Of a DNA stretch of 41,742 bases, positions 1 to 8,977 are shown piece after piece. A program made the translations under genes and the position numbers. The notes under the pieces are model-generated. The model was not told the DNA's origin. It was given only the letters and a program-made list of their open reading frames with translations, and ran no database searches. The DNA is from Candidatus Hydrogenedentota bacterium. GTDB lineage: Bacteria; Hydrogenedentota; Hydrogenedentia; Hydrogenedentales; SLHB01. The stretch covers positions 1-41,742 of the forward strand of contig JAWXCN010000019.1 of NCBI GenBank assembly GCA_034408725.1, written 5' to 3'. How positions within the stretch are numbered: position 1 is the stretch's first letter; every line of letters starts with the position of its first letter.

Positions 1-3
1 CAG

Positions 4-90
4 TCCAAGGCGCTGCGCGCGGCCAATCGACGTCTAAAATCCGCGCGGAGCGCCTTGGAGTGCGGCAGCGGGTAGCTGCCGCTTTCCATT
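4..90. repeat. REP-like palindromic cluster
   Basis: 19-bp inverted repeat 4-22/41-59 (1 mismatch), then hairpin GCGGCAGC-gggta-GCTGCCGC followed by TTTCCATT; same motif family recurs at 35489-35775. Confidence 0.75.
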
Positions 91-142
91 TCCTGGGCAG
101 GCCGCTTCAGAATAAAGCGCGATGACCTGGCGTCCGGCCCGA

Positions 143-171
143 TTGCCGCACGGCGCGGGGTGTTGTATAGT
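143..171 (+). promoter_or_regulatory. Putative sigma70 promoter of the TIR gene
   Basis: TTGCCG (143-148), 17-bp spacer, TATAGT (166-171); GGAGG at 199-203 downstream. Confidence 0.55.
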
Positions 172-208
172 AGTGGGCACCAGTTATTTTGGCGCGTTGG
201 AGGCAGTG

Positions 209-1408
209 ATGTCACAAATCCACATCTTCGTGAGTTACAGTCACGACGACGCGCGTTGGTTTGACGAAGACAAGCTCATGCCCCGGCTGATCAAGTCCCT
301 GGAAATACTTGGTGCGGAAGTCTGGTTCGATCGCCGGCGCCTGGGTGGCGGCGACCCCTGGAAACAGGAAATCGTCGACGCGATCAAGCGCGCGCATATC
401 GCGGTGCTGTTGGTGAGCAGGAATTTTCTGAATTCCGACTTCATTCGCGAGATTGAATTGCCACGCGTCGAACGGCGGTTCGAGCAGGGCGAACTCACGG
501 TGGTCCCGATCCTCGTAGGGCACTGCAACTGGCAGAACGTGCGCGTGCTCAGCCGGCCGCAGATGGTGCCTGGCAAACCTACGCCGCTGATTAGCTATCT
601 TGACTCGCCCGCGGAGTGGGACCGCGTTCAGGAAGAAATTTTCAGCGCAATCGAACGCCAGGTAGACCGCGTGCGTGCGAAACTTGGCGTAGCCGCGCCT
701 TCCTTACCCGGCGTGGGTCGCGACGCCTCGACGACCGTCACCCGTTTGTCGGGCATTTCGAAACACGCGCCGCGCGTGATTGACCCGAATGAAAAGACGG
801 CTGACAAGGTACGGTCCACTTCAAGACGAAGGCCACCCGCCTGGTTTATTCCGGTAGCGGCCGGAGGTTTGGCCGCGCTATTCACGACGGGCGTATTTAT
901 GTTGGGCGCTCCTTTCGGCGGGGACGACCCAAAGCCGGCAGATGCCGCGGTAATCACCGGCTCGGAAAAACAGGCAGAGAACGCCCCAACACCCTTGGTT
1001 ACGCCTCCCGGCGGGGTGGGCAAAGAAACGGCGATCATAACACCGGTAGTGCCGGAGTCCGTTCCGCTCAAACCCGCTGTTCAGGCAAATCCAGTGAGCA
1101 TTGACCCAAGCGCGCCGATGCCGGTCAGCACGCCTGGGCCCGCGCCTGTCGTCACTCAACAGGACCCGCCGCCAGCCAGTCTCGTTGCCGAACCGGCCGC
1201 GCCGGCACCCGATCCCCCTGCGCCAAAAACTACCGTGACGGCCAAGCCGAAACCATCGACGCCGAAACCCGTGCAAACAAGGCAGGTCCAGCCGCAGCCG
1301 CAGCAACCCAAACCGCAACCGGCGACACGGCAAAAGCCCAAAGAAGTGGCTGAGGACGCGGCAGTCGATTTCCTGAAAGGGAAGCTGAATAAGGCCTTGG
1401 GGAATTGA
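209..1408 (+). CDS. TIR (TIR_2-like) domain protein with one transmembrane helix and Pro-rich C-terminal region
   Basis: IFVSYSHDD, VWFD, W..EI..AI, LLVSRNFLNSDFIREIEL and VVPIL TIR motifs; hydrophobic segment WFIPVAAGGLAALFTTGVFMLG; ATG 209 chosen for SD GGAGG rather than ORF-track start 122. Confidence 0.85.
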   Translation: MSQIHIFVSYSHDDARWFDEDKLMPRLIKSLEILGAEVWFDRRRLGGGDPWKQEIVDAIKRAHIAVLLVSRNFLNSDFIREIELPRVERRFEQGELTVVPILVGHCNWQNVRVLSRPQMVPGKPTPLISYLDSPAEWDRVQEEIFSAIERQVDRVRAKLGVAAPSLPGVGRDASTTVTRLSGISKHAPRVIDPNEKTADKVRSTSRRRPPAWFIPVAAGGLAALFTTGVFMLGAPFGGDDPKPADAAVITGSEKQAENAPTPLVTPPGGVGKETAIITPVVPESVPLKPAVQANPVSIDPSAPMPVSTPGPAPVVTQQDPPPASLVAEPAAPAPDPPAPKTTVTAKPKPSTPKPVQTRQVQPQPQQPKPQPATRQKPKEVAEDAAVDFLKGKLNKALGN

Positions 1409-1477
1409 GCGGGTTGCGCGCTCGTTCACAAAACTCTTAATTCGCCGGCATCGATTTCTCAGTATTCCTCAACCCGA

Positions 1478-3115
1478 ATGGAAAAATGTTACCTCATGAG
1501 AATCGCCCTGCCCTTCGCGATATTTTTTTGCATCGCCTGCTATTCGCAGGCCCAACAATCCACGGGCGAGCGCACCATAGTTACCATCACCGACGCGGAA
1601 TCCTTTGATCAAATTTCGTCTGGACACTGGAAGCTCGGCGGAGTATTGGAAGTGCGATTCGCCGGGAGTATTGAACCGCACGAAGCATCAATGTTCGCTA
1701 TCTTTGGCAAAGGCGTCGAAGGAATCGAAGGTAAATTCGAGACCTTGCAGTTGCCCGAGGGATGGCTGTGTGAAATCGCGTACGACAATGCCGCGCATAC
1801 GGTTACTCTTTCCAGTTTTCGGCCAGACCGCGCACCCGCTTTTCCCAGCGCAGAAGGATTCGGGAAATACACTATCGGTGGCCGCGGCGGGCGCGTGATC
1901 GAAGTTACAAATCTTAATGACAGCGGCGTCGGCAGCTTGCGTACCGCCTGCGACGCGGTTGGGCCGCGCACCGTCGTATTTCTTGTATCCGGAACGATTC
2001 CGCTTGAATCGAAAATCGAGATTAAAAACCCGTTCATCACTATCGCCGGCCAAACTGCGCCGGGTGATGGGATATGCATCAAGAATTACCAGTTTGAATT
2101 CGAGACGCAACACTTCATCTGCCGATTCATACGGTTCCGTCCGGGAGACGAAACAAAGAAGGAGCAGGACGCCTTTGGCGGGGAAGGTGACCACATCATC
2201 GTGGACCATTGTTCGGCAAGCTGGGCGGTGGATGAGACCTTATCCATCAATAGAGCATCAAACCTGACGGTGCAATGGTGCATGGTCACGGAGAGCCTCA
2301 CGAAGTCCGTACACAAAAAAGGGTCGCACGGCTACGGCGGGCTGTGGGGTGGACCCGGCGGTTCGTGGCATCACAACCTGCTCGCGCACCATTCTTCGCG
2401 CAATCCCCGAGCTTCTGGAAACGAAGAGTCCGGACTGATGGATTTCCGCAACAATGTCATCTACAACTGGGGGTTTAATAGCGCGTATGGCGGCGAGATG
2501 TGGCCGCGCAACTGGATAAACAACTACTACAAATATGGTCCGGCAACCACCGAAAGATTTCGCGACCGAATATTCCTTCAAAAAGACCCTCGCGGAAAAA
2601 TGTATGCGGAAGGCAATTTCGTTTGGGGGTTTCCCGTAATCTCGGCGGACAATTGGAATGGCGGAATCGATTTCGCTGAAGACGGCGAAGCGACAGAACA
2701 AACCCTGCGCGCTAAAACGCCCTATTCCGTAGCGCCTGTCGAGACGCAGACCGCGGAAGCTGCGTTCGAGTCCGTGCTCGCGCACGCTGGATGTTCACTG
2801 CGTCGCGACGTGGTGGATTCTCGCATTGTCGAAGAGGTCCGCAACGGCACGGCCCAATTTGGTGAAACCTATGCCGGCGGCGGCAAAGGCATCATCGACT
2901 CACAGGCCGCCGTTGGAGGATGGCCGGTGCTGGCGAGCACCGCACCCCCGGCAGATAGTGATCATGATGGAATGCCTGACGCCTGGGAGGAGAAAGCCGG
3001 CTTGAACAAGAGCAGTCCTGCTGATGGTCCAGTCGACGCCGATGGCGACGGTTACACAAACCTTGAGCACTACCTAAATGAAATGGCCGTGCGCACCTAT
3101 CCCCCCTCGCGCTAA
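1478..3115 (+). CDS. Secreted pectate lyase-like (PL1-type) beta-helix protein
   Basis: PAFPSAEGFG..T.GGRGG.V..VTNLNDSG.GSLR, TIAGQTAPGDGI, IVDHCSASWAVDE, RNPR, C-terminal DSDHDGMPDAWE/DGDGYTNLE; signal peptide (start may be 1496). Confidence 0.85.
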   Translation: MEKCYLMRIALPFAIFFCIACYSQAQQSTGERTIVTITDAESFDQISSGHWKLGGVLEVRFAGSIEPHEASMFAIFGKGVEGIEGKFETLQLPEGWLCEIAYDNAAHTVTLSSFRPDRAPAFPSAEGFGKYTIGGRGGRVIEVTNLNDSGVGSLRTACDAVGPRTVVFLVSGTIPLESKIEIKNPFITIAGQTAPGDGICIKNYQFEFETQHFICRFIRFRPGDETKKEQDAFGGEGDHIIVDHCSASWAVDETLSINRASNLTVQWCMVTESLTKSVHKKGSHGYGGLWGGPGGSWHHNLLAHHSSRNPRASGNEESGLMDFRNNVIYNWGFNSAYGGEMWPRNWINNYYKYGPATTERFRDRIFLQKDPRGKMYAEGNFVWGFPVISADNWNGGIDFAEDGEATEQTLRAKTPYSVAPVETQTAEAAFESVLAHAGCSLRRDVVDSRIVEEVRNGTAQFGETYAGGGKGIIDSQAAVGGWPVLASTAPPADSDHDGMPDAWEEKAGLNKSSPADGPVDADGDGYTNLEHYLNEMAVRTYPPSR

Positions 3116-3121
3116 AGGAAC

Positions 3122-3165
3122 ATTTGGGGGTTGCTCGTGTTAAATTTGGGGGTTGCTCGTGTTAA
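3122..3165. repeat. Perfect 22-bp tandem duplication
   Basis: ATTTGGGGGTTGCTCGTGTTAA twice (3122-3143, 3144-3165). Confidence 0.9.
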
Positions 3166-3221
3166 ACTTGACGGTGAATCGTGTCCAAACGGGACAAAAA
3201 CCATAATAAAGGCGGCGCGAC

Positions 3222-4595
3222 ATGAAGCGGCGAAAAATAATAACGCGGACGATGCTCACTATTCTGGCCATTGTGGTCGCGGCGTATGGCGCGTGGTGGT
3301 GGACCGGGCGCGGGGATGATACGGAGGCGTACTCGTCCGTCGTTACGGTGGCGCAAATCGAACGCGGGCCACTCCGTCAGGAAGTGCAGAGCACCGGCCG
3401 CGTGGTGTCAAACCTTGACGTCGAAATAAAATGCCGCGCGAGCGGCCAAATCGTTGCGTTGCCCTTCGACATAAGTGATCACGTCAAAAAGGGTGAACTC
3501 CTGCTCGAACTCGACCCGGTTGATCAGGAACGTCTTTTGGCGCAATCCCAGGCATCCCTCACCGCGTCTCTGGCGCGTGTCGCGCAGGCGAAATCGACTT
3601 TGGTGGCCGCGGAGCAAAATCTCGTGGCCGACAGGCTGATGGCCGCGGCCGGCGTGGAATCGGCCCTGGCGCGCTCGAAAGACGCGGAAGCCAAAGCCAA
3701 TCGTGAGGAGCAATTGCTTGCCAAGAAATACTCGAGCCTGGAAGGTGTGGAGACTGCGCAGACGACTGCCATGCAGGCGCAGCAGGACTACCGCACGGCG
3801 CTCGCCCACGTAGAAGCATTGAAAGCCCAGGAAGCTGAACTGGAGACGCGCCGCCAGGAAATCAATTTGGCCGATGCCCAGGTTGAATCTGATCAAATTT
3901 CGGTGTCGATGTCCAAACTCCAGTTGGGGTACACGAAAGTGTACGCCCCGATTGATGGTGTCGTATCTCTTCGCGATGTACAGATCGGCCAGATCATCGC
4001 GTCCGGTATTAACAATATCGGCGGTGGTACCGCAGTGTTGATGCTCTCGGACCTCTCCCGCGTATTCATTCTCGCGTCTGTAGACGAAAGCGATATCGGC
4101 ACCATCGAGATTGGACAACCGGCGGATATCACCGTGGATGCGTTTCCGGGCAAGCGCTTCCAGGGCAGTGTCGAACGCATTGCGGCAAAAGGCGTGAACC
4201 TGCAAAACGTGGTGACCTTCGAGGTGCGCATCGAAGTAGAGAGCGACAATAAGGGCTTGCTGAAACCTGAAATGACCACCAATGTTACGATCATCGTGGC
4301 AGACAAGACGGACGTGTTGAAAGTACCGTACAACGCAATTGCCCGGCAAAAAGGCGAAACATTCGTCACGTTGGCCAAGGCTGACGGGACAGCCGGCGAT
4401 TCGAAACCAGTGGCGCTTGGTATCACGGACGGCGAAACCTACGAAGTCATCAGCGGCGTGAACGAGGGTGAATCAGTGACAGTCCAAAGCGCGGACGCCG
4501 AAAGCCGCTGGAGCGCGGAAAACGAGCGCGGGGGCTCGTCGAGCCAAAGTCAGCAACGCATGATGATGAGGACGATGGGAGGCAGCCGCCGGTGA
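3222..4595 (+). CDS. Periplasmic adaptor / membrane fusion protein (MacA-like)
   Basis: N-terminal TM anchor, lipoyl half-motifs SGQI...VKKGELLLELD and VYAPIDGVV, long coiled hairpin, VDESDIG...GQ, LKPEMT. Confidence 0.9.
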   Translation: MKRRKIITRTMLTILAIVVAAYGAWWWTGRGDDTEAYSSVVTVAQIERGPLRQEVQSTGRVVSNLDVEIKCRASGQIVALPFDISDHVKKGELLLELDPVDQERLLAQSQASLTASLARVAQAKSTLVAAEQNLVADRLMAAAGVESALARSKDAEAKANREEQLLAKKYSSLEGVETAQTTAMQAQQDYRTALAHVEALKAQEAELETRRQEINLADAQVESDQISVSMSKLQLGYTKVYAPIDGVVSLRDVQIGQIIASGINNIGGGTAVLMLSDLSRVFILASVDESDIGTIEIGQPADITVDAFPGKRFQGSVERIAAKGVNLQNVVTFEVRIEVESDNKGLLKPEMTTNVTIIVADKTDVLKVPYNAIARQKGETFVTLAKADGTAGDSKPVALGITDGETYEVISGVNEGESVTVQSADAESRWSAENERGGSSSQSQQRMMMRTMGGSRR

Positions 4596-5251
4596 TCGAA
4601 ATCGAGTCTGTCTCGAAAACCTACGATCTCGGTGGACAAATAGTTGCTGCCCTTAATAACGTGAGCTTGTTTATTCGCGAAGGCGAGATGGCGGCGATAA
4701 CCGGCCCTTCGGGTAGTGGAAAATCGACGCTGATGCACATCCTTGGTTGCCTCGACACACCTGATACGGGAATCTACCGGCTGGCCGGGGAGAACGTCGC
4801 GGGCATGACAAGCGATGAACTGGCGGACATCCGCAACCGGCGCATCGGATTCGTGTTTCAAACGTTCAATCTGTTGCCGAGGTTGTCTGCGTTAGAGAAT
4901 GTTGAATTGCCGTTGTTATACGCCCGGAGTGAAGAGGCCAAGGAACTCGCCGCGAAAGCGTTGGGCACCGTGGGTCTCGGCGATCGGATGAAACACGGGC
5001 CGAACCAGTTGTCCGGCGGCCAACGCCAACGCGTCGCAATTGCGCGCGCCATCGTGACGAATCCCTCGATGATTCTGGCCGACGAGCCGACTGGAAATTT
5101 GGATTCGCGTACCGGCAAGGAAATTCTGGCCTTGTTCAAGACTTTGAACGAGGATGGCCGGACCGTAATCATGGTGACGCACGACGCGGGAGTGGCGGAA
5201 CACTGCCGGCGCGCGGTTCGCCTTTTCGACGGACGAATCGTGGAAGAATGA
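4592..5251 (+). CDS. ABC transporter ATP-binding protein (MacB/LolD type)
   Basis: GPSGSGKST, LSGGQRQRVAIARA, ILADEPTGNLD, VTHD; GTGA overlap with the upstream gene. Confidence 0.95.
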   Translation: MIEIESVSKTYDLGGQIVAALNNVSLFIREGEMAAITGPSGSGKSTLMHILGCLDTPDTGIYRLAGENVAGMTSDELADIRNRRIGFVFQTFNLLPRLSALENVELPLLYARSEEAKELAAKALGTVGLGDRMKHGPNQLSGGQRQRVAIARAIVTNPSMILADEPTGNLDSRTGKEILALFKTLNEDGRTVIMVTHDAGVAEHCRRAVRLFDGRIVEE

Positions 5252-5261
5252 GGTAGGAAAC

Positions 5262-6470
5262 GTGTATCTTCTCGTCCTGTTCAAAGTGGCCATCTACAGC
5301 CTCATCGCGAACAAACTGCGCTCGTTCCTCGCCGTATTGGGGGTCATCATCGGCGTAGGCGCGGTGATTGCCATGCTTGCGATCGCAGCCGGAGCGCAGT
5401 CGCAGGTCATGAACAGCATCTCTTCAATGGGCACAAACCTGCTGACCGTGCGCCCCGCGCAACGCGGTTCGGGCGGCGTTATGTCGGGGACTGAACAAAA
5501 CCTCACGGTCGAGGATGCGCAGGCAATCCTTGCCGAGGTGCCTGGTATCGAACAGGTCGCGCCCGTTGTGCAGAACCGCGCGCAAATCAAATACTTCGAC
5601 AACAATACCGGCACAAGCATCATGGGCGTGACCGTCACCTATTTCCCATTGCGGAATTTTGAAATTGAAAAGGGCCGCGTGTTCACGGACGGTGAAGAAC
5701 AGCGCATGGCGCGCGCGATCATTCTTGGTCCAGTGACCGCGGAAAACTTGTTTGGCACGGAGGACCCCGTTGGCGCAACGGTAAAGGTCAACGGGATCAA
5801 TTTCGAAGTGATTGGCGTAACGAAGGCCAAGGGTGACCAAGGCTGGTTCAATCCCGACGACAACGCTTTCGTACCCTACACAACCGCGATGAAGCAGTTG
5901 TTTGGAATAGAGTACCTGCGTGAAATCAGCATCAAATGCTCCGAAGCGGATGAACTTACTACCGTTCAGGAAGCCGTCATTGCTCTTATCCGCAAGCGCC
6001 ACCGCACGGAGCCTGGCGCTCCGGACGACATCGAAATCCGTAATCAGGCGGACTTATTGACGACCGCGACTGAAGTGACACGGACATTTACAATCTTGCT
6101 GGGCGCTGTTGCGAGCATATCGCTGCTCGTTGGCGGCATTGGAATCATGAATATCATGCTGGTGACGGTCACCGAACGAACCCGGGAAATCGGGATTCGC
6201 AAAGCCATCGGCGCGAAAGACCGCGATATACTGCGGCAGTTTCTGTTTGAAGCAATTCTTATGAGCGCGCTTGGCGGGATGATCGGTATCGGCGCGGGCG
6301 TTGGCGCGGCCAAGACCCTCTCGGCGCTCACCAGTTTCACGACGGTGCTGGAAACACAGAGCATCGTCATGGCGATGGTGTTTTCGGCGAGCGTGGGCAT
6401 CTTCTTCGGATACTATCCCGCGCGTCGCGCGGCAAAATTGAATCCAATCGACGCGTTGCGCTACGAGTAG
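5262..6470 (+). CDS. ABC transporter permease (MacB/FtsX family)
   Basis: RSFLAVLGVIIGV, SLLVGGIGIMNIMLVTVTERTREIGIRKAIGA, C-terminal PARRAAKLNPIDALRYE. Confidence 0.95.
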   Translation: MYLLVLFKVAIYSLIANKLRSFLAVLGVIIGVGAVIAMLAIAAGAQSQVMNSISSMGTNLLTVRPAQRGSGGVMSGTEQNLTVEDAQAILAEVPGIEQVAPVVQNRAQIKYFDNNTGTSIMGVTVTYFPLRNFEIEKGRVFTDGEEQRMARAIILGPVTAENLFGTEDPVGATVKVNGINFEVIGVTKAKGDQGWFNPDDNAFVPYTTAMKQLFGIEYLREISIKCSEADELTTVQEAVIALIRKRHRTEPGAPDDIEIRNQADLLTTATEVTRTFTILLGAVASISLLVGGIGIMNIMLVTVTERTREIGIRKAIGAKDRDILRQFLFEAILMSALGGMIGIGAGVGAAKTLSALTSFTTVLETQSIVMAMVFSASVGIFFGYYPARRAAKLNPIDALRYE

Positions 6471-6480
6471 TGCGGACGGA

Positions 6481-8247
6481 ATGACCAAAGCGCAAGGAGA
6501 GTACGTGGGAGTCGTGCTGTTTGCCAAACGCGTCTGTTTGGCAGGGACCACATGTTTTCTGGTGGGATGCGCCGCCATCGAGTTTTCGCGCGATCCGGTG
6601 ATACCCGACATAACCGTCCTCCCGAAAACGGATACCGTAGAACATGTCTCTCCCCCGCCGCTTCCGAGCCCGCCGCAAGTAGTGCCGGTTGAGAATGTGC
6701 CGGGTGATGCGCTGAATCTCACCGTAGAAGGCGCCATCGTGATGGCATTGCAGAACAATAAAGCGTTGATGGTGCAGGAGATTAACCCCGCAATTCAGGA
6801 CACCTTCGTGAAGGAACAGCGCGCGGTGTTTGATCCGGTCTTGTCCGCAAGTTATCTTGAGACCCGCGACGAGTTTGAGCGCGATCTGCTGATTCGCACT
6901 CCGGTAACATTTCCCGACGGGCAAGGCGGCGTTGTCAGTCTGGGCGAAATTTGGCAACCGGTCACCACTGAAGTGAAAACAAAATCGGAAACTGGCGACG
7001 TCGCTATCACCGAGCGGCTGCCCACGGGCACGGATATTACACTCGGCATGACGAAGGACCGCAGCGAAGTGCGGAACAAAAGCACCAATCCGAACCAGGT
7101 ATACGGCACCGACCTGGACACGGATACGTCGAGCCTTGACCTCACGGTGCGACAGCAGCTCTTGCGTGGCGGCGGCCTCGGAGTGAATCTTGCAAACCTG
7201 CGGCAGGCCCGGCTCGCCGCACTCTCTTCGGACTACGAGTTGCGCGGTTTTACGGAGGACCTCGTTTCGCAGGTCGAGCAGACCTACTGGAACTGTGTTA
7301 CCGCCCAACGCCAGATCAAAATTTTCGAGGACTCGCTGGTCGTTGCGCAAAACCAGGCCGCGGAAATCGAAGAGCGCATCAGCATAGGCCAATTGGCCGA
7401 AAGTGAGCGCGCCGCCGCGGACGCCGAAGTAGCGCAACGCAGAAGTTCGTTGATCGACGCGCGAAGCAACTACGAAACACTGCGCATCGCGCTATTACGC
7501 CTGTTGAATCCCCACGGCGACACCCTCCGGCCCGTCGAATTGAATCTCCTGAGCGATCCGATCCTGTCGCCGGTGGAGCTCAGCGACGTCGAAGCCGCCA
7601 TCCTCGTGGCGCAACGGCTGCGGCCTGATTTGAACCAGGCGAGACTGCAGATTCAACAAGATGAACTGGAGGTGGTGCAAACACGGAATGGTTTGTTGCC
7701 CCAGCTTGATGTCTTCTTGACGTTGTCAAAAAGCGTGAACAAAACCCATTACAGCGAATTGTTTCTTGTATCTACCCAAAACGATCGCGACGAACAGACC
7801 ACGACGCAGATCGGCGCCGACTTCAGTTATCCAATCGGCAACAGGGCCGCTCGCGCCGCGCATACGCGGTCAAAACTGAGCCGGACCGGCAACATGCGGG
7901 CGCTCGCGAATCTGGCGCAACTCGTCGAGCAGGACATTCGGACGGCGTACATCGAAGTGGAACGGTCCCGCCAGCAAATTGACGCGACCACCGCGACGCG
8001 TACGCTCCAGGAGACAACACTCGAGGTCGAGATCGAAAAGTTCCGTTTGGGCCGTTCAACGGTATTGTTGGTGTCGCAGGCGCAGCGGGACCTGCTGTCG
8101 GCGCAGATTGCGGAGGTAGAAGCTCGGGCGGCGTATCTGAACGCCCTCGTGAATCTGTACCGCCTCGAAGGTTCGCTGCTCGAACGGCGAGGTGTAATCG
8201 CTCCGGGGAAAGAGCCGGTTGTGCTTGAAAACGAACACGCTGCTTAA
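6481..8247 (+). CDS. TolC-family outer membrane efflux protein (probable lipoprotein)
   Basis: LTVEGAIVMALQNN, RPDL..ARL, LLPQLD, EKFRLGRST..V..AQ OEP repeats; lipobox-like LVGC; exact start uncertain. Confidence 0.85.
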   Translation: MTKAQGEYVGVVLFAKRVCLAGTTCFLVGCAAIEFSRDPVIPDITVLPKTDTVEHVSPPPLPSPPQVVPVENVPGDALNLTVEGAIVMALQNNKALMVQEINPAIQDTFVKEQRAVFDPVLSASYLETRDEFERDLLIRTPVTFPDGQGGVVSLGEIWQPVTTEVKTKSETGDVAITERLPTGTDITLGMTKDRSEVRNKSTNPNQVYGTDLDTDTSSLDLTVRQQLLRGGGLGVNLANLRQARLAALSSDYELRGFTEDLVSQVEQTYWNCVTAQRQIKIFEDSLVVAQNQAAEIEERISIGQLAESERAAADAEVAQRRSSLIDARSNYETLRIALLRLLNPHGDTLRPVELNLLSDPILSPVELSDVEAAILVAQRLRPDLNQARLQIQQDELEVVQTRNGLLPQLDVFLTLSKSVNKTHYSELFLVSTQNDRDEQTTTQIGADFSYPIGNRAARAAHTRSKLSRTGNMRALANLAQLVEQDIRTAYIEVERSRQQIDATTATRTLQETTLEVEIEKFRLGRSTVLLVSQAQRDLLSAQIAEVEARAAYLNALVNLYRLEGSLLERRGVIAPGKEPVVLENEHAA

Positions 8248-8286
8248 ACGTCCGCGAGCGCGGCAACGACAGGGAGGCAGGATCAC

Positions 8287-8499
8287 ATGAACATTTCCAC
8301 GATGCATCTGCGAGTCATTTCGCGGCAGAACCCAACCAAAGCCGAACTTCAGCCGGTATGGGAATTCATCTTCGTCGGGCAGGCGCTACTCGGGCTGTTC
8401 GGAACCGTATCCGGATTTGGATTGCAGTATCTCGCGGCCTTCGAGTCGCTGGCGGGCGTACTTCTGGCGTTCAAGGGAAGTGATAATTCCGAATCGTAA
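8287..8499 (+). CDS. Small hydrophobic peptide (70 aa), unknown function
   Basis: GGAGG (8273-8277) 9 nt before ATG; 39 bp after tolC stop; polar N-terminus followed by a ~39-aa hydrophobic stretch. Confidence 0.6.
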   Translation: MNISTMHLRVISRQNPTKAELQPVWEFIFVGQALLGLFGTVSGFGLQYLAAFESLAGVLLAFKGSDNSES

Positions 8500-8508
8500 C
8501 GGGAGAGC

Positions 8509-8593
8509 GCGCGTTCCCGCGCGCTGAATTTCCGTTTCTAGCTATTACGCGCCGTGTCTTTGTCCAGCGCGTTCCGCGCGCTGAATTTCCGTT
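8509..8593. repeat. Two ~28-bp direct repeats, each with a small hairpin, between convergent genes
   Basis: GCGCGTTCC(C)GCGCGCTGAATTTCCGTT at 8509-8536 and 8567-8593. Confidence 0.75.
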
Positions 8594-8599
8594 CTTCGC

Positions 8600-8956
8600 T
8601 CAGACGCTAAACGACTCTCCGCAGCCGCAGGTGCTCGAGGCGTTGGGGTTCTGAAATACAAACCCCTTGCTGTTCAACCCTTCTTTATATTCCAGAATGA
8701 TGCCCTTGAGGTAGATAGATGATTTCCGGTCCATCAGAAAGCGTACATCTTCCTGTTCGACAACGTGATCGCCTTCGCGCTGCTTGCCGAATGCCAGCAC
8801 GTAAGATAAACCGGAGCATCCCCCGCCCTTTACGGCAAGTCGCACACCATCGATATCCGGCGATTCGAGCGACTGAAGCCGTTTCAATTCGCGGATCGCG
8901 CCGTCAGTAGCGGTAATAAGCGCCTTCGGGGCCGGGGTGATGGTGTCTGTCGACAT
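8600..8956 (-). CDS. iscA: A-type Fe-S carrier protein (IscA/SufA/ErpA, HesB family)
   Basis: VRLAVKGGGCSGLSY and NPNASSTCGCGESF motifs; subfamily not resolved. Confidence 0.9.
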   Translation of the reverse strand: MSTDTITPAPKALITATDGAIRELKRLQSLESPDIDGVRLAVKGGGCSGLSYVLAFGKQREGDHVVEQEDVRFLMDRKSSIYLKGIILEYKEGLNSKGFVFQNPNASSTCGCGESFSV

Positions 8957-8977
8957 GGGTGTTGCTAATTCCTGCGT

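Noticed and set aside
122-208. ORF-track N-terminal extensions (TIR 122, DUF1858 9526, GNAT 14105, sufS 15966, sufB 19541, msrAB 35314, membrane protein 41354)
   Set aside because: They overlap promoters or neighbouring genes; downstream starts have better SD, coupling or homology boundaries
209-1408. Complete Thoeris or other TIR defence operon
   Set aside because: No ThsA-like effector or other defence gene downstream; upstream context lies outside the window
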